DNA of 64,000 nucleotides from an uncultured bacterium (GTDB lineage Bacteria; Omnitrophota; Omnitrophia; Omnitrophales; Abzuiibacteriaceae): NCBI GenBank assembly GCA_964387845.1, contig CAYLXA010000008.1, positions 44,270 to 108,269 of the forward strand, read 5' to 3'. Shown piece by piece: positions 29,401 to 38,400 of this stretch (position 1 is its first letter; each line of letters starts with the position of its first letter). The notes under the pieces were generated by a model. It saw only the letters and a program-made list of their open reading frames with translations, ran no database searches and was not told where the DNA came from. The position numbers and the translations under genes were made by a program.

Positions 29401-32400
29401 GGAAGGAACCGAAGTGCAGGCACTCTACGGAGGCACGGTGGTTTCCGTATTTCAAGACGACATGCAGAGCACCCTTGTTGTCAATCAAGAGATTACCGAT
29501 ACAGACGGAGGAAATACGCTGGTCACCATTTATGCGCACATAGAGCCGGAAACTAACGTTCAGCCGGGCGTAAAAATTGAGGCTGGCGATGTCCTGGGCC
29601 GAATCAGGCGGTCGCGCAATGAGCGTTCGATTGTTTCGCCTCATCTTCACTTATCGATCGGATGGGCAAAGCCCGAATTTTTTGAACGTCTCAAAAGCGA
29701 CGGCGTCGATTGGCCGTTTGTGGATGCTTTGGCAAAAGAAGGCCTTCTGACTTATGTCGATCCGCTTACATTTTTGGATAAAAATGAAGCCGATCATTTT
29801 TTTATGAATGCCCAGCACAACAAATTAAAGAAAATTCTGATTCTAAATACACAGCCAGGCGCTCAATTTTTTCTGACCCGGCAAGTGATTGAAAAACAAT
29901 TTCCCGGTGTCACGACACTCGCTGTAAGAAGTTTTGAAGAAGCGCAGAAAATTTTAAATGACCCGTCCAGCGAAATTGATGCGGTAGTCCGTGTTGACGA
30001 ATCGGCATCAATCAGTTTCCCTAGAAAATATTTAAAACGCACGGCCGTTTTAGATTATCAAGAAAAAAACAAAAGAGAATTCTTACGCCAACTGCATGTC
30101 GTGAATGTGATCGGCCGCTTGTATCACGAACCGATCAGCCGTCTCAACATTCGCTACCGGCTTCAGCGGCGCATCCGTCAGGCGGGAATCCGGACAGTGG
30201 GGCAATTGGTTGACCTTGCCAACCTGCCGAAGAAATTTCGAAAGTTTACAACGGGCCTTTCTAAAGTTCCGGAGGGCCTTGAGCGCCGTTTGCAAGGCTC
30301 TCGCTACAAGGATGAGATCATCCGCGCAATCGTCTCTGTCCAGCCCCAGGCCATTCTGACACGCTCCATTTTGCACAGGCGGTCGCTTGGATTTTTCCAA
30401 ATGGCGTACCGACTCACATTTGGATTTGAATACCATCCCGAGACGCGCAATTTTGCGGAGCTGATTTTATTCTTAAATGGTTTATCCGGCAGTGTTTTCA
30501 AAGAGCTGGTCAAACAATTTGACGTCCATATTCAAACCGATTTAATCGATATTTTGCAGCGTGTTGCTCGGATTGCGCCCGAAGCCATTTCTGTCAACGT
30601 TCTGGAGATGTTTATCGATGACGAAGAGACTCCCAAGCGCATGCGCGAAAATTTCAATACCCTGGCAGATTTAATTCACATGGCAAGGAATGATACCAAA
30701 CGGTTTAAGGAGATTTTTGGATATCAAATTTCATGGCATGTTTTGCTCTTGCTTCTTGAAATTCTTTACGATGCGGTTCCGGGAGAAATCATGTGGCAGG
30801 AATGGCCTGACCTTGTCCACACCGTTCTGAATCCGCACAATCTTCCACGCACATTCGGCAGCGGCGGGTTAAGCGGGCATATCAACGCTTACTCAGCGGC
30901 CATTCAAGCACATTGGCGCCGGTTGATGGCGGAGCATAAGGGATATGCAAAAAGAAAAGACCGCTCAGAACTTCGGCAGGCGGGAGATCGGCAAATTTTC
31001 CAGAGGGCATTTCAGGGAATTGCTTTCGGTGGATATGGAGCGGGGCTTATTGCTGCGACTTGGCAGATGCTTACCGTTTATCCGCAAATGTTGAGGCCGT
31101 CCTTATTTGTGATTCTGCTTACCTGGAATTTCTATCAGATCGTGAAACTAATTCTCAAGCAGCCGTTTGTCAGTCAGGAAAAGATAAACCAAGAAAAGTA
31201 TATTAACCGCCAACTTATCATTACCCATTTGCCGCAGCTTGGACTCATCAAGGCGCACATGCTAGCACCGTGGCTTGAGGCTTTTATGCAAGCGCCGGAA
31301 GTTGGGGCCTTGTTTTTGACGGTCTCCGGTTTGCTGGTTTCAAAATTGGCCTTTGACAGCTATCTGCGCAATGACGGCAGAGCATCGGGAAGGTCCGAAT
31401 TGCGCACCAATGACCCGGAAGAGCCGAATGCCAAAAATCCACGCACGTCTACTTACGAGACTATTATCTCTAACCGCCCGCAAATGAACCCAACTGAAAG
31501 TAATACTGAACAAGCAAGCCTGTTCATGGCACCGCTTGAAAACGTAACACCGGATGCGGTCCGGTGGCTTGACCGAGTGTTTAATAGCCGGCTTCCGAAG
31601 GGCCAGTATGTTTTTGTCGGTGTTGTTGTCGATCGCAAAAGCAAAGACATCCAGGCTTTTCAGGATGGCGTTTACATGATTGCAAAATTTCTGGAAGTCG
31701 GCGGCGCATTTGAAGAAATCGGATTGAACGAGATCAAAAATAAAAAACTTCGCCGCAGAATCACGGCCGTCGGCAAAGGATCGTCGGTGCGCGTGATCGA
31801 ATTTGCGAGTGTCGGCGGGGGCGATGATTATGAAATTCCGCTGCGCCGCCTTCAGGGTGTAGTGGAAGATTATTACAGCAATGAACCGATTGTCTGGATC
31901 CCGATATCACCGGAAGGAGAACTTTCAAGCACATTGGGCTGGAAGCCCAAAAACCGGGCTTTTCATTTGACGTTAGTGCATCAGGCACCGGAGCAAGAGC
32001 CGGAGGCGCGCTCTGAGCTTCGCAATGATGGTGGAATTATTCTTGAAGCCGGACAGCAAATCAAAGCGGTTGAAGGTTATCAAATGCAGCTTCAAGAAAA
32101 CGGTAGCGTTGCATTTTACCGTGAACGGTTAAGCAGCCCTGAGCCGGACCCTGTTGAGGTAGTCAAACCCACCATGGCCGGCATGCCTGTTTATGATGAA
32201 GCAGGCAATATCATGGGCTATGTTGGCATCACACATGACTTTGAAGGCCAAGGGGAAGATAGAAAATTAATTGCAAGAACCGCATTTTATCCGGAGCCTG
32301 AATTTGATATTGAGAAAACGCATGTGCCGTCTACATGGCCTGCTTGGGAGCTGCTCAAGGCGGTTGGGCTTTTGATTCCAAAAGAGGACGCGCATATTCT

Positions 32401-35400
32401 AAAAATTGAAGACATCAGCCAAACATCTGATTCAAAAATTCACCGGATTACGGTGCGCGTACCGGAAGAGCAGAGTTTTCCGCTTCGCGGTATTGAAATT
32501 CTAGCACGCGAATTAATTGAGAATCCATCCGCTGAACAGCAGTTTGATCTTGTTTACAATGAGAAAGGACATTTGTTGGCTGTATTTCCCGTTTTTGGAA
32601 ATGAAAATAGGGCCGCTGCGGAGGATGGCTTATTTCTTGATGTCAGTCCGTACTATTTTGAAGTTCCGAAGGACATTCGAGGAGAGTCGAAACTCCTGAT
32701 AGATCAATTTTTGCGCGAGTGGAGACAAAACCAACAGCATATCCAAGCCTATCAAAAAAAGCATTTCGGTTCTAATCGGATGAATTTCTGGCATTTTAGT
32801 TATAACAATGACGAAAATAATGATGAAGATAATAAAGAGGAGCCTCTTTATCAGTTTTATCATTTACTTCATAGTCACGGCCATGATCTTAGTTATTTGG
32901 GGGAAGTTGAAGTTCAATCTTTGGAGCATATTTTTTACTACGTTAGTAAAGATCCGGATAGGAAAATGTTATTGTTACCAATTTTCCCAACGGTCTTCCC
33001 GCCATCCGGCGATCCCCAGCACGACACGGAATATCATAAGGCTATTTTGATCGATCCCAGATTTGATTTAAATGAGAATCAGCGGACTCTTGTGGTAGGT
33101 TCCGGAAGCGGATTTGACACATGGCTTGTTTCCCTCAAAACACGCAAGACCGTGAGTGTAATTGACATTAATCCACTGGCGGTAGCCAACACAAAAGCGC
33201 TTGCGAAAATTGCAGGCTTCAAAGTTTTAGCTAGAACGGCTGACAATATCGTCGATGAAAGCGGAAAGCCCACTTTTCCAGATGCCCGGTTTGATCGAAT
33301 TATTTGGAATATGCCCGAGCATGTTGAAGGTGATGGGCCCAGCCACGGGCAATTAGCAACCCAAAGGACCAAGTGGTATTTAACAGATCATTGGGATGGC
33401 GACGTCGATGGTTTCAGCTTGACCCGGTTTGCTTCAGGGCTTTGCGACATTTTAAATCCTGACTCGCGCGTTTTAATTTGGAATTCGAATAACGAAGATT
33501 CAATTTTGAATGCCTTTGAAAACCGCGGCATGGAAGTTGAACGTGCAGGCCTCAATTATCGGTACAGTTTGTATTTTATTCAACCATCTGCCGCTGCAGG
33601 CGAGCTTTTGGAACCGATTTCTAACTCTGCAGATCAACGAAGCGAACCTCAAAAACACATTGCCGTGCTTCAACGGTTCAAGCACAATCCGACCGGATTT
33701 ATGGGGTGGCTCAAGAACGAAATCGCCGAAGTTTTGACAATCATTGACATGCCGAGCGGTCAGTTTATGAAACTGCCTGATGCGGAAAGAAGGAAGAAAA
33801 ATCAACGTATTGAAAACGCAATTTCCATGCTTTACGGCGTAGAAGATTTTATTTCGGCTAAAGATGCGGCAAAAATTATCAAGAATATTGACGAGGCACG
33901 CCGCATGTTGGACGAGATTTACCAAATGTCCGAATGGCGTAAAAATGATTTTTCCGCTATCCGCGGAGGGAAGCAAGATTCCAAACTTCCGGCAAGCACC
34001 GAGCAAGCGTGGCACGCACGGGATATTTTTAACGAATTTCTTCCGAAAAATGGGCTAGGAGAAGCGCTTCAGAAATACACGGGGGATAAAAAAGTATTGG
34101 ATACCGCAGCGGAGAAATGGCTGCCTGTTTTTACGCGCGTTCCGAAACATTTATTCATGCCGAAATATTTGCGGCAGGATGCTTATTTGCATGATGCGCC
34201 GTACCGAATCGGTTATGGCCAGACAATCTCACAACCGTCTCTGGTTGCATTTATTCTGGCGCTGCTTGATTTAGAGCCCTCGGATGAAGTTTTGGAAGTC
34301 GGCGCAGGCAGCGGATGGTTGGCCGCGCTGATGTCGCAGCAAGCGGCGCATGTCTATGCGACAGAACTCATTCCGCAGCTTGCGGGCCGTGCGGAGCGGG
34401 TGATTGAGAATATGGGAATTCAAAATGTCAGCATTGTTGAAGCCGATGGTTCGGTTGGTTATCCACAGGCGGCTCCGTTCGATAAAATCGTCGTTTCAGC
34501 CGGCAGCCCCAATGTTCCGGAACTGCTTGTGAACCAGCTCCGCGAAGGAGGCTTGCTGATCATTCCGGTTTTGGATCCTGCAGCGTCAAAAAAGCAGAAG
34601 TCTTACAAGCTGACATTATTTGTGAAAGAAGGCGGTAAATTGACAGAAAAACTTGCCATCGATAGGGTTAATTTTGTTGATCTGCGCGGTGTGCACGGTT
34701 GGCAGCCGGCGCCAAAACGTTCCGAGCTTCGCCGAGCCGCACAGCCGAAAGATTCAAACAGTGAAAAATCAACGCCGAAGCCCGAGACCGAGTCAGACCG
34801 GCGCATCATCCGGGCAGTTAATTATTTTCTGAAAGAAAAGAGGCCATTCAATCAAGGCGATATCGCCAAAAAAGCAAGAGTCAGCTTGCAAACGGTTACA
34901 AACCGGAAGCACGCAAATCCGTCGATCGCTCGGTTTGTTGATTGGGCCCTGGAGAAAGCGCCTAAGGCTGAGCCTAAATCCGTTCAAGCTCTAATCCGGG
35001 CCGCAAAGCAGTTGAAAAAAGAAGGAAAATCGGGCGTGACCAATTCAGTTGTTGCGGACCTAGCCGGTTATCATCCACAAACCGTTACCAGCATAAGCAA
35101 GTTATATCCTAAGGTAAAACAAGCTGTGCAGGGGGCGCGTCAATCTCCGCACGCACAGATTTCTCCCACGATTCAGAAAGTTGTGGATGTTATTAAAGCG
35201 GCCGCGAAGAAAAAACAAGTGTTTCAAAACGAAGGCCAAATCGCGCAAGCAGCCGAAATCAGGCCTGAAACGTTGAGCCGGATTAAGAAGCGGCGGTCCT
35301 CCTATCGGGAACCATTTCTCCAACTGCTTCAATACGCCGTAAGCGACCCGGACCGTGCGCTTGAGATCATTAAAAAACACTTCTCGATTCATTCCGAACA

Positions 35401-38400
35401 GCGGGTTTCTGTCCAAGCATCCGCTCAAGACGAGAACTTGAGGTCGGAACTACGGGCTGACGGTGCTATCCAAGATCCGGGCATGGTCGTTACGGCTTTG
35501 ATCGGGGTAGCCGCATTCGGAATCCTGATTTTTGGTTTTGATTCAGTCCGAGAGCGGGCATTTAAAGTTGGAAGTGCTGCACTCAAATTGATCCGCCGAC
35601 TCTTCTGGCTATGGACCGGTGTTTTGTGGATTTCCACCCATTTGGCTTACGCTGCTCATCGTGTCCGCCCGGATTCTCAAGATAAAATTTACCAAGCAAC
35701 AGGTTTTGACCCCGGCGATCTAAATTATTCAGAGTTTTTGTATCCATGGGCTATTTTTACCGTGTTTATTTATCCCGTTGCCGCGTTCGGCTTGATGCGT
35801 TACCTGAATCGCTTGGTCATGCGCCGAAACGTTCTGCCATTCGAAACTTCGCCCTCAAGGTCCATTCCGGCTCACCCTACAACGTCCGAGTTAGATATTA
35901 ATCGGAAAGTCGGGACGGCCCAGCCTTCCGATCAATATTCAAAAGATCCTTTAATGAAAGGCAGGGCTGAACTCAGAGCGTCGGGTTCGAATCCCAAGAA
36001 GAAAGACACAAGTAAAGCAACGGACTTGGAAAAAAGGTTTAAGGAACTTTTGGAAGAGGCAGATAGAACGCTTGAGGCAAACAAACAACTTGAGGATGGA
36101 CTTGATGAAATCCACAAAGTGCTGCCGGAATTACCCAAAGACATCATCGATGGACGCTCCGAGCTGCGCCAATCTGACCCGATTGGCACTGCTTCGGCTT
36201 TGCCAGGCCCTCTGGCAAAGTCCGAGCTGCGCAATTTCTTGCCGAATCAGAACCCGATCAACCGTTTGGACGCCAAGCAAGGTTCCGGAATTGGTGCACG
36301 GGGCAACGTTTTGGAAGGCCGTTCCGGATCAAATTCTGAGTTTTATAATTATCGGGGCGAAAAAGTACTTGTACTGCCGACTAGCACCGCAAAAGGAATA
36401 TTAGGTTTGGGTGATTTTATCGTTGTGATGCCACGCCCCAAGCCCGGCACGCAAGATCACATTCTCTTTTATAATTCGTCCGGCAGTTTGTTGTTTGAAG
36501 CAGTGAACGTTTCAGACTATTCGTTAGTAGGAGAAAATATGGCCATTAAATTTGCCAACGGCAATATCCAGTTTTATGACAAGACAGGCAAGAAGCTACT
36601 TAGTTCATTCGATCATTTTTCAAACTTTCACCCAAGCCAAATTGACTTACAGGGCGATTTATTGGTATTTAAAAAATCAAGCAATGAGGTTGGTTTTTAT
36701 AATTCGACAGGTTCACTTATTTTACGAAAGTCAAAAGGCACTGATTTTGACAGTTTTTATGTGAAAGGTTCATTTATCGTATTGGTTAAAAAAGATAATC
36801 ACCATGTCTACAGTGGGCTTACAGGTAAGCTGATTGCAAAAACCCAGGCAAGCGTGGGTGAAACCGCGCAATTTGACGGCGACTTTTTTGCTGTGGTTAA
36901 TTGGAATGAATTTACATTCTATAATCTTCAAGGGAAAAAAATTCTTGAGAAACGAACAGGTTCAGGTGACGATAATTTTATTAACTGGTCCGGCGAAGGC
37001 GGCCTTTTGACTTTTGATAAAACACATTCCCGGACGTTTTACGATGAAAACGGGAAGTTATTAGCTGCCATCCAAAAGCGTGTATTCGCTTCCAGAGTTG
37101 TCAACAAAGTGTTGCGCTTAGAAGACAACGCTGATTTTTATGAATGGTACGATTTCAGCCCTAATGCGTTATCGGCGTCTTCAAAAGGACAAAAATCGCT
37201 TGATCAAATTTTTAGCCATAACCCGGCCATGCTCTCGCGGATCCGGGATTATGTAAAAAGAAGGTACGATAATCCGCTCATGTCGCGCGAAGAGCCGAAC
37301 CACGATCTTTCATCCGACCTGGATGACGCATCGAATTTGATTCAATTGGAAAAAATGCCAACCGAATGGATTGACGACCTCTCATCCTTGGTTTTAACCG
37401 GTTACAATCCGTCGGACAAGGGCGCGCGTTCAATTTTAAAGGAAGCCGCGATTCAGCTTGGATTGATTCAAGCTCCGTCATCTCAAACGAAAGAAGCGGT
37501 TCCCATTACCTATAACCAAAAAGCGCTTATGCGGATCTTAAGCAGCGGTGTCATTACGGAAGCCATCCGAAACGGGCAATTTTCCTTTCCAACAACAGGT
37601 AAGAGAAGTAGTCTTATTTTTCTTTCTGACGATGGAACCAATGTAAAGAGGATTGATGAAACGGATTCTGCTAAAGCCAACGTGCAGCTCGAATTTTATC
37701 TGTCGAGCGATAATCGCACAGTGGGTGTGTCCATCAGTGTCCGAGATGATAATAAGGCAAGTGGGTGGCGAGTACAGCATGAAGAACCTAAGCAACTCAA
37801 AGATCTTCAGACATCCATTGAACCTGCAAGCTCGAAACCCTCGTTGACTATTGTTAGCGCGAGAAAACAACGCACCCTTGATGAATTGATAAACAAAGTG
37901 AGCAAGTTCCCAGGTTGGAGCAATCCTGGCCCTTCAACATATTCTTTCGCTCATCAGGCAACGCAGATATCTGCTTTCTATACCGGAATTGTCCCTAACT
38001 TGCAACCACGCTGGGCATGGCATTTAAAAGTGATCTCGTCTGGTTATAACCTAAGCGTTGTTGTTGAAGATCATATTCAATCGCCAGGGAAATGGATAAC
38101 GGTAGTTAAATTTAATAACTCCGGAAGTAATAATTCTGTGGCCTCGCAAGAATGGGGTAACCATCTGATCGATATTGAACAAAATGGTTTAAAAACAAAT
38201 ATCTACATGACGAAGGCTTATGTGGATTCTTTGGTCAAAAACAGAATCCCGCTTAAAGGTGCAACTATAGATGGAGTTGAGTGGGAATTTATTCCGATCA
38301 ATCCGAAACAAATTCTTCCGGCAAAATCAGAATTGAGAACCCAAGCAGAGCAGGTTTCTATAGAAACGCTGGATGCGGCGCTTTCGGTGGAGCCCAAAGC

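Noticed and set aside
33500-34015. 171-aa minus-strand ORF inside the giant gene
   Set aside because: Antisense to the continuous 15.5 kb ORF, within its MTS-methyltransferase-encoding region. No motifs.
35983-35995. tRNA T-loop-like GGGTTCGAATCCC
   Set aside because: Lies in-frame within the giant gene (encodes SGSNPK). There is no acceptor stem or anticodon arm around it, so it is coincidental.
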